From an uncultured Syntrophomonadaceae bacterium (GTDB lineage: Bacteria > Bacillota > Dethiobacteria > DTU022), in the NCBI GenBank assembly GCA_964506505.1, contig CAZDKY010000047.1:721-64720 (forward strand): a stretch of DNA of 64,000 nt. The letters run 5' to 3'. Shown in pieces: positions 27,203 to 37,727 of the stretch. The notes beneath the pieces were generated by a model. It did not search any database, was not told where the DNA came from, and worked only from the letters and a program-made list of their open reading frames with translations. Each line of letters opens with the position of its first letter. The first letter of the stretch is position 1. The position numbers and the translations under genes are program-made.

Positions 27203-28945
27203 CTATTTTTCCCAGAATGCGTCGAGTTCTTCATCGGTAACATCCCAGACCACGTTATGCGGCGGTAGTTTTTCATAGGTCATAAATTCCGGCATGCGAT
27301 CTGCCTCTTTACCAATACCCGCCTGGAGGTTGAAATCATGTTCCAGACGCAGGATCTCATCACCAATTCTGGTCACATCGTCAGCGGTGTAGTTGGTACC
27401 CACCATGGCATTTACAGTCTGGACCATGCCATCAAAACCACTGCTGATATCAAGAATGGGGAAAGCAATGAAGAGACAGTAACCGGCAGCATCAATAAAT
27501 GCGGTTGTTTGCTGGAAGGCTTTCGAAAGGCCGACCTTGTCTTTTTTGGAAAGAGGGTCCGCCTTGCCACCGACGGCAAGAATTTCAGGTGCAATTGTGT
27601 ATCCGGCAGTGTGATCGGCGCCCATGGTCGAAGTGGCATAGGTCACACCGATTCCTTTGACCGCCCGCGGTTCGTAAGCCGGCATACTCTGCCGCTTAAT
27701 GGTGGGGATGCGGGTAACCCCATAAGCTTCGCCGGTGAACTGGGTGCCCTGGCCGAGAATATGGCCGAGCGAGGAACCTTTGCCAATTTCCTTCAGCAGT
27801 TCAATGGCTTTCGGCCCGTCTCCGAATTCGGCCAGGCCTGCTTCCATGGCCACACCGAGCATTCCCCCGGCTTCAATAGTATCAAGGCCCATGTCATTGC
27901 AAAGCCGCACCAGCTCGGCGACATGATCAAGATTGTCGATACCGCAATTGGCCCCCAGGGACCAGAGAGATTCGTATTCAACGCAGGAGACATGCTCGCT
28001 GCCATCTTCCCTGGCATAAACGTTGGAGCAGTGTATGATGCAACCAGGGTGGCAGCTGTGCCCCATCATCCCGGCTCCGCCTCTTTTTTCAGCCGCTTCG
28101 GCCAGCGCTTCACCACTGATTTTTGCCGCTCCCTCGAATACCCCTGACCGGAAATTTCTGGTCGGCAGTCCGCCGGCTTCGTTAAGAATGTTAACCAGGA
28201 CGGCTGTACCAAAGCTATTCAGGGCTCCGCCCTTCTTGGTAACATCATGCTTCATAATCGCTTCAGCCAGTTTCTTCTGTCCTTCCTTGAAGGCTTCCGG
28301 ATCTTTGGGTTTAACACCCGGGGCACCGCTGTCATCAAGCACTATCGCCTTCAATTTCTTGGAGCCCATCACTGCCCCAAGGCCGCCACGTGCGGCATAA
28401 CGGGAAGACCGTCCTTCCGGATCGTTGAAAGCAATGCCGGCCATGGCCATTTTCGCTTCGCCGGCCGGACCAATCAGGCAAAATGATGTTTTCTCACCGA
28501 ATTTGTCCCAGATCATTCCGGCACATTCATAAGTCCCCTTGCCGCACAGATCATCGGCCGGGACCAGCTCCCCGCCATCAACAGTTAGTTTAAGCATCAG
28601 GCACTGCTCTTCTTCCGGAAGACCTTCCACCACCAGGGCGCTGTAACCCATACGGGCCATCTTCTGGACAAAAGATGTGCCGGCGTTAGATTCTTTGATG
28701 CCGCCTGTAAGTGGCGATTTTCCGCCAACGGAGATGCGCCCCGAGTTAGGGGCATAGGTCCCGCTGACAATACCCGGGGCAAAAACCAGCTTGTTGTTTG
28801 GCCCCAGAGGATGGCATAGCGCCGGTACTTCATCGCTGATCAACAGTGATGTCAACCAGCGCCCTCCCTTCCCGGCGTATTTCTCAGGCAGCGGCTCAAC
28901 ATTAATTTCTTTCTTTGTCATATTAACGCGAACAAGTTTACCCAT
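27203..28945 (-). CDS. aor: aldehyde:ferredoxin oxidoreductase (tungsten-containing AOR family)
   Basis: N-terminus MGKLVRVNMTKKEINVEPLPEKYAGKGGRWL with all three AOR domains; about 580 aa. Start set at the ATG at 28945. Ends in TAG, and the frame runs directly into moaD (EK-TAG-L-MKVT). Confidence 0.9.
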   Translation of the reverse strand: MGKLVRVNMTKKEINVEPLPEKYAGKGGRWLTSLLISDEVPALCHPLGPNNKLVFAPGIVSGTYAPNSGRISVGGKSPLTGGIKESNAGTSFVQKMARMGYSALVVEGLPEEEQCLMLKLTVDGGELVPADDLCGKGTYECAGMIWDKFGEKTSFCLIGPAGEAKMAMAGIAFNDPEGRSSRYAARGGLGAVMGSKKLKAIVLDDSGAPGVKPKDPEAFKEGQKKLAEAIMKHDVTKKGGALNSFGTAVLVNILNEAGGLPTRNFRSGVFEGAAKISGEALAEAAEKRGGAGMMGHSCHPGCIIHCSNVYAREDGSEHVSCVEYESLWSLGANCGIDNLDHVAELVRLCNDMGLDTIEAGGMLGVAMEAGLAEFGDGPKAIELLKEIGKGSSLGHILGQGTQFTGEAYGVTRIPTIKRQSMPAYEPRAVKGIGVTYATSTMGADHTAGYTIAPEILAVGGKADPLSKKDKVGLSKAFQQTTAFIDAAGYCLFIAFPILDISSGFDGMVQTVNAMVGTNYTADDVTRIGDEILRLEHDFNLQAGIGKEADRMPEFMTYEKLPPHNVVWDVTDEELDAFWEK

Positions 28946-29175
28946 CCGGAATCCTCCTTCATTTTTCAAATATTTTAATGATAAAAGGAAATAAAGATAA
29001 ACCACAGTAACGCAACACTTCAAAAAAAGTATAACATAAATATGAATTATCGGTCAATTACTTTTATTTATTAGTATATATTCTATATTCTGAACGTATA
29101 GCTGAAATTGGTTGAATTTGGCTGGCCCGGCCTTGATTAGAAATGTTAGGCCGGTAGCTGGCGAAAGAGGGGTTT

Positions 29176-29496
29176 TCAGATAGCCACGCGCAGGAGGGCT
29201 ATGAGGACCATCCCGACTATGACAGTGATAAAAAGATTGCGGGTGTACATAGCAAGGGCAAAAACGGGTATGGAGACCCAGAAAGCCTGGTTAGTCTGCA
29301 AGGAAAGGTCCAGTCCGCCGGCAGGGGCAAAGAGAGCCGGGGCCAGAATGGCAGCCAGAACAGCCACCGGAACGTAGGAAAGCCAGAGGGTGACCCACCG
29401 TGGTAAACGGCGCCGTGACAGAATTAAGGCGGGTATAACCCGCGGCAGGTAGGTAACTGCAGTCATCAAAAATATGAGCAACGCTGTTTCTTTCAC
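29176..29496 (-). CDS. azlD: AzlD-family branched-chain amino acid export protein
   Basis: 106-aa membrane protein of four helices with AzlD-like sequence, downstream of azlC. Confidence 0.75.
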   Translation of the reverse strand: MKETALLIFLMTAVTYLPRVIPALILSRRRLPRWVTLWLSYVPVAVLAAILAPALFAPAGGLDLSLQTNQAFWVSIPVFALAMYTRNLFITVIVGMVLIALLRVAI

Positions 29497-29708
29497 CGGA
29501 CAATCTCCTTTATTTTAATTTGACTTATTAAGGACCAATCTGCCTTTTTTGTTTCCAGGGTATTCAGATTGAGCTGTCAATCATCTGTCCCCGGTCACAC
29601 TCCTGACCATATCTGTCAGCCCTGCAGTAAAGCGACAGCTTGAAGAAGGCCATCGAGGATCCTGCGACTATCTTTATCCTGCCGGTCCTAAATATCTTGA
29701 TTCTGCCT

Positions 29709-30443
29709 TTATTCATTATTTATCTCACTGGTCTCATTTACCGCATCAAAACAATCGTCCTTGTTCGGGCTTTGCGGATCTCCTTTCTCCGATCTGTATT
29801 CCAGGGCTGCTCCGACAGCGGCGGCGGTTACGGTAGCAACGATAATGTAAAACTGGCTCATACCGCTCATGTAAAGCAGGAGGCCAATTGCTGCTGCCAG
29901 CAGGGCAATCAATGCCCGGCGGCTGCTGTCAATCTGCATTACCAGCAGGGCAATGAACATGGCCGGCAGGGCATAATCAATACCCAAATTTTCTATATTT
30001 AAAGTGACCCGCTCACCGAGCCAGGTGCCCAGCAGGGTACCTATGATCCAGGCCAGATGGGAAGAAAGGTTGAGGGCAAAAAGTTCTCCTGCCGGCGGTA
30101 CTCCGCTTCGGCGGAAAAAAGCCGAATGGACTACAAAGGTTTCATCAGTCAGCTCATAGCTGAAAAGAGCCACCTGCCATATTTTTAAGCTCTTCAGGTA
30201 TGGTGCCATGTAAGCGCTCATCAAAAGGTGACGGAGGTTAACCAAAAATACAGTGGTAGTAATAGCAGCCAGGTTTGCCCCGGCCCCGATCATACCGACG
30301 GAGATCAGCTGGGCTGAGCCGGCAAAGACAAAAACGGACATGCCCAGGGCACCGAATGAACTTAAACCGTTTGTTCTGGCCAGCACGCCGAAAGCCAGTC
30401 CAACGGGCAGGTAACCCAGAATGATCGGAACAGCCCTGACCAT
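29709..30443 (-). CDS. azlC: AzlC-family branched-chain amino acid transport protein
   Basis: PIILGYLPVGLAFGVLA AzlC signature. Start set at the internal ATG at 30443, since the track ORF carries a 33-aa charged extension. Confidence 0.75.
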   Translation of the reverse strand: MVRAVPIILGYLPVGLAFGVLARTNGLSSFGALGMSVFVFAGSAQLISVGMIGAGANLAAITTTVFLVNLRHLLMSAYMAPYLKSLKIWQVALFSYELTDETFVVHSAFFRRSGVPPAGELFALNLSSHLAWIIGTLLGTWLGERVTLNIENLGIDYALPAMFIALLVMQIDSSRRALIALLAAAIGLLLYMSGMSQFYIIVATVTAAAVGAALEYRSEKGDPQSPNKDDCFDAVNETSEINNE

Positions 30444-30575
30444 TCCGGTCAGGGCTATGTGCCTTCTTTTATGCCCGGCGGCTTGATCTTGCCTGGAATT
30501 TGCTTCCTGCCGCCCGTTTTCTTTGTTCTTTTTCCAACCCAACAGATCACCCTGTATACTGCGGCATATGCCTGT

Positions 30576-30827
30576 TTATGTTACCTTGAAGACGGTGTCT
30601 CCTTCTCTTACTTTATCTCTCACTTTCAGGCCGACCAGGTCTCCTGCTTTGGCCGTTTCAATATTTTCGTGTTCCACCTGCATCGATTTAACATTTTGCT
30701 CAATATCGGTGGTGGCACCAACAATCGCAATCCGGTCTCCTACTTCTAGTGTGTCATCAAGCTTCAGGATGGCAACCCCGATCTTGCTGTAGTAATGGGT
30801 CACCTGACCGACAATCTGTCGTTCCAT
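30576..30827 (-). CDS. small EF-Tu-domain-2-like beta-barrel protein (83 aa)
   Basis: The sequence IGVAILKLDDTLEVGDRIAIVG...AGDLVGLKV resembles the translation-factor domain II fold; no confident family assignment. Confidence 0.4.
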   Translation of the reverse strand: MERQIVGQVTHYYSKIGVAILKLDDTLEVGDRIAIVGATTDIEQNVKSMQVEHENIETAKAGDLVGLKVRDKVREGDTVFKVT

Positions 30828-30964
30828 GGCTCAAAACACATCCTTTCGGAATATTTTCATTTTTTCATTAACCGGAATACGTCTCCTCTTTCGCCGGCCT
30901 GTTTAATCGACGGTTAAAAAGCTACAGCCGCTGCCGCCTTAAAGATGCCTGACAGGCTGACCCC

Positions 30965-31291
30965 CTAGATGTGAGGGTTCAGCTTGTCGTTCAGGGATTG
31001 CTTGCTCATTGCTCCGACAAAACTATCCACTACCTGACCATTTTTAAAAAGAAACATGGTCGGGATGCTCATGATACCGAATTTCTGAGCCAGCTCGTTG
31101 TTTTCGTCAACATTCACTTTTAAAACTTTCAGCTTGCCGTCATTGGCAGCTGCTACTTCTTCCAGAATGGGGCCGAGCATTTTGCAAGGTCCGCACCAGG
31201 GGGCCCAAAAGTCGACCAGAACCGGCAAATCGGATTTTAGCACCTCTTCTTCAAATTGATCTCCGTTGATGTGTTTAGGTAATTCAGCCAA
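30965..31291 (-). CDS. trxA: thioredoxin
   Basis: WAPWCGPCK active site; 108 aa. Confidence 0.95.
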   Translation of the reverse strand: MAELPKHINGDQFEEEVLKSDLPVLVDFWAPWCGPCKMLGPILEEVAAANDGKLKVLKVNVDENNELAQKFGIMSIPTMFLFKNGQVVDSFVGAMSKQSLNDKLNPHI

Positions 31292-31462
31292 AACTGTCTT
31301 CCTCCTTCTTGCATATTGATCAATGACAATAAAATCATTTCTTAGTTACCATTCTACACCAGCCCCCGGCGGGAATCAACTAAACTTGACTTATTACTGT
31401 GAAAAGTTTCAGCAAGTAAATTGCCAAAGTAAGTTCTACAGTGGACGACGGTGTAGCATTTA

Positions 31463-31536
31463 GCCTGGGAAGTATTTTTTGGTAGAATTAAGTCTGGGAA
31501 GTTTTTTTAGTAGAATTAAGTCTGGGAAGTTTTCCT
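31463..31536. repeat. 28-bp tandem direct repeat (about 2.6 copies) in the 700-bp region upstream of paaK
   Basis: GGTAGAATTAAGTCTGGGAAGTTTTTTT followed by AGTAGAATTAAGTCTGGGAAGTTTTCCT, preceded by a partial copy GCCTGGGAAGTATTTTTT. Confidence 0.7.
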
Positions 31537-31999
31537 TTATCCGTTAGTTTGACAGCATAATTTGGTATGAGAATAACAAATCTCTTGCTGCATAAGGCTT
31601 CGTGGGATTATATTTTTGCATTTTAGGCATATTTATTTGGCACAAAAACAAAAAAGTAAAATATTTTCCTGATCAATTGTCAGCCCAGGTTAAAAGGGCT
31701 GTCTTGCAGATTGATACTATGGTTGGCTTACGGCATTTAATTAACCTTTACCCCGCCAAATCCGGCAAGGGTTGAAAAAGACTCATCATGCATAGTTACT
31801 GCAGGGGGCAACCTCTTTTGCTGCCATCTGCGGCAGGAAAGTTGCATTAGAATATTGAAATTTAATGATTGTGCCAATCTGTGCTATTCTTAAACAGTCG
31901 CCGCCTTTTAGTTCAGCGGCGGTTGAGTAGAGGTTATGGCAAGATCATCTTTTAAACAATTTTTAATGCAATATTAAAATAACAGGATGGGAGCAAAAT

Positions 32000-33298
32000 A
32001 TGTGGAACCGGAAGTATGAAGCAATGGCTCGGGAACAACTCGAAAAGCTGCAGTTCCTCAGGTTAAAGCAAACGCTGGAGAGGGTATACCAGCTTGTCCC
32101 TTTTTACCGCCGGCGCTTTGAAAGTGTCGGCGCTGAACCCGGCGATATTCGCACTACTGCGGATCTGGCCAAACTGCCCTTTACGGTTAAAAACGACCTG
32201 CGTGACAATTACCCCTACGGCCTCTTCACGGTCGATCTGAACGAAGTGGTACGCGTTCATGCCTCCTCCGGGACAACGGGCATTCCGACCCTGGTGGGAT
32301 ACAATCGCCATGATTTGGATGTATGGGCTGAGCTGATGGCCCGCACCCTGACGGCCGCCGGGGGTAACAACGATTCGGTAGTACACGTCGCTTACGGTTA
32401 CGGCCTTTTCACCGGCGGACTGGGCGCCCACTACGGAGCGGAAAAAATAGGAGCCACCGTAATACCCATTTCGGGCGGGCAGACCAGGCGCCAGGTGCGG
32501 ATGATGCATGATCTGGGAGCTACCCTGCTGGCCTGCACTCCCTCTTATGCCCTTTACATCGCTGAGACCATGGATGAAATGGGCCTCTCTCCTGCCGACC
32601 TGAAGCTCCGCTCGGGTGTATTCGGTGCCGAACCCTGGTCTGATAACATGCGCCGGGTCATCGAGGAAAAGATGAAGATTGACGCCTATGATATTTACGG
32701 ACTGAGTGAAGTTATAGGGCCGGGAGTTTCCTTTGAATGCAGTGCCAAGGACGGGCTGCATATCAGTGAAGATCATTTCATTCCCGAGATCATTAATCCG
32801 CAGACGGGCGAAATTCTGCCGGACGGAGAGACGGGGGAACTGGTAATCACTTCTATCAGCAAGGAGGTGCTTCCGGTGGTCCGCTACCGCACCCGCGACA
32901 TTACTTCGTTAAATCATGAAAAGTGCGCATGCGAGCGGACTCATGTGCGAATGAAGAAGGTCAGCGGACGCAGCGACGACATGCTGATTATCAGGGGTGT
33001 AAACGTTTTCCCCTCCCAGGTAGAGAGCATCCTGCTCGATATCGGGGAAACAGAGCCGTACTATCAGCTCGTGGTTGACCGGATCGGCTCCCTGGATACC
33101 CTGGAGGTGCTGGTTGAAGTTTCGGATCGCATGTTCTCTGACCAGGTCAGGGGACTGGAAAGCCTGGAAAACCGCATCCGTACTGAGATCGACAACCTTC
33201 TTGGTATTTCCGCCGAAATCAAACTGGTGGAACCAAAAAGTATTCCCCGCAGTGAAGGCAAGGCCAAAAGGGTGATCGATAAACGCACTTTCAGTTAA
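32000..33298 (+). CDS. paaK: phenylacetate-CoA ligase family adenylate-forming enzyme (PaaK / F390-synthetase-like)
   Basis: [11 protein letters not shown] adenylation motif, PaaK-like length and domain order. Confidence 0.9.
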   Translation: MWNRKYEAMAREQLEKLQFLRLKQTLERVYQLVPFYRRRFESVGAEPGDIRTTADLAKLPFTVKNDLRDNYPYGLFTVDLNEVVRVHASSGTTGIPTLVGYNRHDLDVWAELMARTLTAAGGNNDSVVHVAYGYGLFTGGLGAHYGAEKIGATVIPISGGQTRRQVRMMHDLGATLLACTPSYALYIAETMDEMGLSPADLKLRSGVFGAEPWSDNMRRVIEEKMKIDAYDIYGLSEVIGPGVSFECSAKDGLHISEDHFIPEIINPQTGEILPDGETGELVITSISKEVLPVVRYRTRDITSLNHEKCACERTHVRMKKVSGRSDDMLIIRGVNVFPSQVESILLDIGETEPYYQLVVDRIGSLDTLEVLVEVSDRMFSDQVRGLESLENRIRTEIDNLLGISAEIKLVEPKSIPRSEGKAKRVIDKRTFS

Positions 33299-33446
33299 AA
33301 CTTAATCCTGAATGGTGATGATCAAATCCGCTGATTCAGGAATGACAATGCAATAAATTATTTCTCTACAGTTTAAAGACTGGCCATGAATTGTAAGAAG
33401 TAAATTAGATATACAAACAACCATAGAGGGAAAGGAGGCATTACCA

Positions 33447-33875
33447 ATGATCAAGCAGATTTCAGTCTTCCTCGAAAATAAATCGGGACGGCTGGTCAGG
33501 GTGGCCGAGGTACTCGGCCAGGCCGGGATAAATATCCGCGGCCTCTCAATCGCCGACACATCTGATTTCGGCATCCTTCGACTGATCGTTGACCAACCTG
33601 ACAAAGCGATAACCGAATTGAAGGACAAGGGTATTATGGCCACGGAGACCGAAGTAATCGCCATGGAGGTTCCCGACACACCCGGCGGCCTGGCGGAGGT
33701 GCTCAAGTACCTGGACGGGGCAAACATTAATATCGAGTATCTTTATTCGTTCATCGAAAAACCGACCAGTAACGCCATCATCATGATGCGTGTGGAAAGA
33801 ATTAACGACGCTCTGGACGTGCTGAAGAAAAAAGGCATTCCCATCGTTACCGGCGAGCGGATTTACAAGTTTTAA
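33447..33875 (+). CDS. ACT-domain protein
   Basis: Two ACT-like repeats (ISVFLENKSGRL...; MEVPDTPGGLAEVL...); commonly found between paaK paralogs in arylpyruvate fermentation loci. Confidence 0.8.
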   Translation: MIKQISVFLENKSGRLVRVAEVLGQAGINIRGLSIADTSDFGILRLIVDQPDKAITELKDKGIMATETEVIAMEVPDTPGGLAEVLKYLDGANINIEYLYSFIEKPTSNAIIMMRVERINDALDVLKKKGIPIVTGERIYKF

Positions 33876-33923
33876 TTCGTTCAAATCACTTCAGGCACCC
33901 TGAAACAACAGGAGTTGAAACAG

Positions 33924-35225
33924 ATGAATAACGATCAGCTAACCGCGGAAGAACGCCTTTCGCGGCAAAAACAGGGATTGGCAAAAGTTGTTAAGCATGC
34001 CTACAACAACAGCCCCTTCTACCGCCGCCTTTTCGATGCGGCCGGTCTGCATCCGGAAACGGTAGGGAGGCCGGAGAATTTCCATAAGCTGCCCTTCACC
34101 ACCAAGAACGACCTGCGGGGAACTTATCCCTATGGGATGGCAGCCGTGCCCCTGGACGATATTGTCCGCATTCACGCTTCTTCGGGGACAACAGGCAAAC
34201 CAATCGTGGCTGGATATACCAGGAGCGACCTTGATTACTGGGCCCAATCTGTAACCAGGATTTGCGAAATGGCGGGCGTGACAAAAAAGGATATTGCCCA
34301 GATCTCTTTTGGCTACGGTCTATTCACCGGGGGTTTTGGCCTGCACTACGGGTTGGAGAGGCTCGGGGCCACGGTGGTCCCTTTTTCCAGCGGCAACACG
34401 GAGCGGCAGCTGTCCCTGATGAAGGATTTTAAAACCACCGTCCTGGTGAGCACTCCCTCCTTCGCCATCTACATGGCCGAAACAGCCCGTGATCTCGGCT
34501 ACGACCCGCTTTCTTTCGGCCTGCGGATTGGCATGTTCGGCGGGGAACCCTGTTCCGATGCCATGCGAGAGGAAATTAATAAGCAGTGGGGTTTAAAGGT
34601 AACCAGCAATTACGGCCTGACCGAGGTGGTGGGACCGGGTATCTCAGGCGAATGCGGTCAACGGACGGGCATGCATATCCTGGATGATCTCTACTATCCC
34701 GAGATTATCAACCCGCAGAGCGGTGAGGTGCTGCCCCGGGGTGAAGCGGGAGAACTTGTGCTTACTCCACTTTTCAAGGAAGGTTTCCCGGTGCTGCGCT
34801 ACCGCACCGGTGACATCACCCGTATTGTGCCTGAGCCCTGTCCCTGCGGAAGGACTACGCCACTGATGGACTACATCACGGGGCGCAGCGACGACATGAT
34901 CATCATCAAGGGGGTCAACATTTTCCCCAGCCAGATCGAAGAGGTCCTGGCTTCTTTTCGGGAAGTATCGCCCCATTACCAGCTTGTTTTGCTCAAAGCC
35001 AAAGGATTTATCAAGGACCTGGAGGTGCAGGTGGAGCTAACCCAGGAAGGGTTTACCGACCGCTATAAAGAGCTTGAATTACTGGGCAACAGAATCCGGC
35101 AGCGCCTGCGTTCCACCCTTTCCATGTCCCCCCGGCTCAAGCTGATGGAGCCGAAATCTCTGGAACGGACCACCGGCAAGGCTAAACGGATCGTGGAAAG
35201 GGAGGTTTCGGATCTTGAAAAATAA
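33924..35225 (+). CDS. paaK: phenylacetate-CoA ligase family protein, second paralog
   Basis: [11 protein letters not shown] motif. Start set at the ATG at 33924 (AGGAG 9 nt upstream) rather than the TTG at 33915. Confidence 0.9.
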   Translation: MNNDQLTAEERLSRQKQGLAKVVKHAYNNSPFYRRLFDAAGLHPETVGRPENFHKLPFTTKNDLRGTYPYGMAAVPLDDIVRIHASSGTTGKPIVAGYTRSDLDYWAQSVTRICEMAGVTKKDIAQISFGYGLFTGGFGLHYGLERLGATVVPFSSGNTERQLSLMKDFKTTVLVSTPSFAIYMAETARDLGYDPLSFGLRIGMFGGEPCSDAMREEINKQWGLKVTSNYGLTEVVGPGISGECGQRTGMHILDDLYYPEIINPQSGEVLPRGEAGELVLTPLFKEGFPVLRYRTGDITRIVPEPCPCGRTTPLMDYITGRSDDMIIIKGVNIFPSQIEEVLASFREVSPHYQLVLLKAKGFIKDLEVQVELTQEGFTDRYKELELLGNRIRQRLRSTLSMSPRLKLMEPKSLERTTGKAKRIVEREVSDLEK

Positions 35226-36969
35226 ACGCGTTTTGATGACCGGAAATGAAGCTATAGCACGTGGAGCCTACGAGGGAGGAGTAACGGTGGGGACAGCCTA
35301 CCCGGGTACTCCGAGCACGGAAATCATGGAGACCCTGGCCCGTTACCCGGAGGTGGATTGCAACTGGTCAACTAACGAGAAAACGGCCCTGGAAACAGCT
35401 ATCGGGGCATCGATGGCAGGCGCCAGGGTACTGGTAGCGATGAAGCACGTTGGCGTCAATGTGGCCGCCGATCCGCTGATGACCCTATCCTACACCGGGG
35501 TGGGCGGCGGGCTGGTGCTTGTCTCGGCTGACGATCCGGGCATGCACAGCTCCCAGAATGAACAGGACAACCGCCACTATGCACGCTTCGCCAAGATCCC
35601 CCTGCTTGAACCGGCGGACAGTGAAGAAGCACGCGACTTCGTGATGGCCGGGCTAGCCCTGAGCGAAAAGTATGACACACCGGTGATGCTGAGGACGACT
35701 ACGCGAATCTCTCATTCGCGCAGCACCCTGGTGCCTGGAAAACGTCAGGGAAAAGAGGTCGTCGGGTTCCAGAAGAATCCGGCCAAGTATGTTATGCTGC
35801 CCGGATTCGCCCGCCAGCGCCACCCGCTGGTGGAAAAACGGCTGCTTGATCTGGGGACAGAAGCAGAGGTCAGCCCGCTGAACCGGATTGAAGAAGGCAC
35901 TAAAGAAGTGGGGGTAATCTGCAGCGGCGTAGCCTACCAGTATGCCCGTGAAGCCCTGCCGGAAGCCAGTTTTCTGAAGCTTGGTTTCAGCTACCCGCTG
36001 CCGGAAAAACTGGTGCGCCGGTTTGCCGCACAGGTAAAAGAAATTTTGGTGATCGAGGAACTTGATCCCTTCATTGAAGAACAGCTGCTGGCCATGAACC
36101 TGGAGGTGCCCGTACGGGGCAAAGAGATTTTCGGCTTACTTGGCGAACTGGGAACGGAGATAATCCGCGAGAAATTTCTCGGACAGAAGCTACAGCTTAT
36201 CCAGGGCAACGACAAAATCCCCGGGAGGCCGCCGGTAATGTGTCCCGGCTGCTCACACCGCGGCGTTTTCTATACCCTGCGCCGCCTGAAGGTAAACGTG
36301 ACCGGCGATATTGGCTGCTATACCCTGGGGGCATTAAAACCGCTTCAGGCTATTGATTCCTGCATCTGCATGGGGGCCAGCATCGGCACCTCCCTGGGTA
36401 TGGTCCGTGCCGATCCGTCAGCAGCAGGAAAAACGGTGGCCGTGATTGGCGATTCCACTTTTCTTCATTCCGGAATTACAGCACTGCTGGATGCTGTTTA
36501 CAACCGGGCCCCCATTACGGCTCTTATTCTTGACAACGGGATCACGGCGATGACCGGACACCAGCAGCACCCCGGAACTGGCCTTAACCTGAAGGGCGAA
36601 GAGGCCCCTGCTGTTGACCTGGAAAAACTCTGTCTCTCACTTGGTGTACGGAGGGTAACGGTGGTCGACGCTTTTGATTTAAAACGGGTCAAAGCAGTGA
36701 TCAAGGAAGAACTGGCCGCCACGGAACCATCGGTGATTATTGCCCGACGGCCCTGCATCTTCCTCCTTTCTTCTTTCGATGAGCCGCTTTATGTGGATGA
36801 GGAACTCTGCAACGGCTGCAAAGCCTGTCTGGCCCTGGGCTGCCCGGCCTTGAGTTTTAAGGACGACAAGGCCAGGATCAACCCGACAATATGCACAGGC
36901 TGCGGGCTTTGTGAACAGCTCTGCCGCTTTGATGCGATTAAATTCTCTGCGGAAAGGGCGGGTGAATAA
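35215..36969 (+). CDS. iorA: indolepyruvate:ferredoxin oxidoreductase alpha subunit (IorA)
   Basis: TPP-binding pyruvate-ferredoxin-oxidoreductase-like domains plus two C-terminal 4Fe-4S motifs (CNGCKACLALGCP, CTGCGLCEQLC); TTG start with an AGGGAGG RBS. Confidence 0.9.
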   Translation: MKNKRVLMTGNEAIARGAYEGGVTVGTAYPGTPSTEIMETLARYPEVDCNWSTNEKTALETAIGASMAGARVLVAMKHVGVNVAADPLMTLSYTGVGGGLVLVSADDPGMHSSQNEQDNRHYARFAKIPLLEPADSEEARDFVMAGLALSEKYDTPVMLRTTTRISHSRSTLVPGKRQGKEVVGFQKNPAKYVMLPGFARQRHPLVEKRLLDLGTEAEVSPLNRIEEGTKEVGVICSGVAYQYAREALPEASFLKLGFSYPLPEKLVRRFAAQVKEILVIEELDPFIEEQLLAMNLEVPVRGKEIFGLLGELGTEIIREKFLGQKLQLIQGNDKIPGRPPVMCPGCSHRGVFYTLRRLKVNVTGDIGCYTLGALKPLQAIDSCICMGASIGTSLGMVRADPSAAGKTVAVIGDSTFLHSGITALLDAVYNRAPITALILDNGITAMTGHQQHPGTGLNLKGEEAPAVDLEKLCLSLGVRRVTVVDAFDLKRVKAVIKEELAATEPSVIIARRPCIFLLSSFDEPLYVDEELCNGCKACLALGCPALSFKDDKARINPTICTGCGLCEQLCRFDAIKFSAERAGE

Positions 36970-36970
36970 G

Positions 36971-37564
36971 GTGAACAGTAAATTGAACAAAACAGCTAAA
37001 AAAGATATTTTAATTGCCGGTGTCGGGGGGCAGGGTACCATCCTGACGGGGCGAGTTATTGCCGCCCTGGCTATGTCTGAGGGATTAGACGTGAAAACGG
37101 CCGAAACCCACGGTATGGCCCAGCGGGGCGGCAGCGTGATCACTCACGTGCGGATGGGCAAAAAAGTTTATTCACCGCTTATCCCGCAGGGTGACGGCGA
37201 CATTCTCCTTTCCTTCGAAAAGCTGGAAGCCCTGCGCTGGCTTCCCTTCCTTTCGCCGGAGGGGACGGTCATCGTCAATACGCAGGAGCTTGATCCTATG
37301 CCTGTACTGACCGGCGAGACGGAGTATACGGATGGCATCCTAAAAGAAATTGAGAGCAAAGCGGCCAGTCTCATTGCCGTCGATGCCCTCAATATTGATC
37401 CGGTGAAAAAAAATCCGCGGGTTGTCAACACCTTTCTGCTGGGTATCCTGGCCCGTTTGATGCCCTTCGCCAGAGAAAAGTGGCTGCAGATCCTGGAACA
37501 GGAAATCAAGGCCGCCCTGGTTGATATCAACAGGCAGTCCTTTGAGGCCGGATGGCATTATTAA
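36971..37564 (+). CDS. iorB: indolepyruvate:ferredoxin oxidoreductase beta subunit (IorB)
   Basis: ILIAGVGGQGT motif; GTG start immediately after the iorA stop. The track ORF at 36911 would overlap iorA by 60 nt. Confidence 0.85.
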   Translation: MNSKLNKTAKKDILIAGVGGQGTILTGRVIAALAMSEGLDVKTAETHGMAQRGGSVITHVRMGKKVYSPLIPQGDGDILLSFEKLEALRWLPFLSPEGTVIVNTQELDPMPVLTGETEYTDGILKEIESKAASLIAVDALNIDPVKKNPRVVNTFLLGILARLMPFAREKWLQILEQEIKAALVDINRQSFEAGWHY

Positions 37565-37727
37565 TACCTTTTTCTTAAACAAACCCCGCAAATTTTTGTC
37601 AAAGACATCTTACCAATCTAAGGTTAACTGCGTCAGGTTAAGCATATATCATATATTGGTTGTTATGGTTAACCATGTCTCTGCTTTATAAACTTATGGA
37701 AACACGCCTGTCCAGATAAGTGTTAGC

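Noticed and set aside
31621-31660. TGGCAC-containing stretch upstream of paaK, considered as a sigma-54 -24/-12 promoter.
   Set aside because: There is no GC (TTGC) element at the required 10-bp spacing; only the -24-like half is present.
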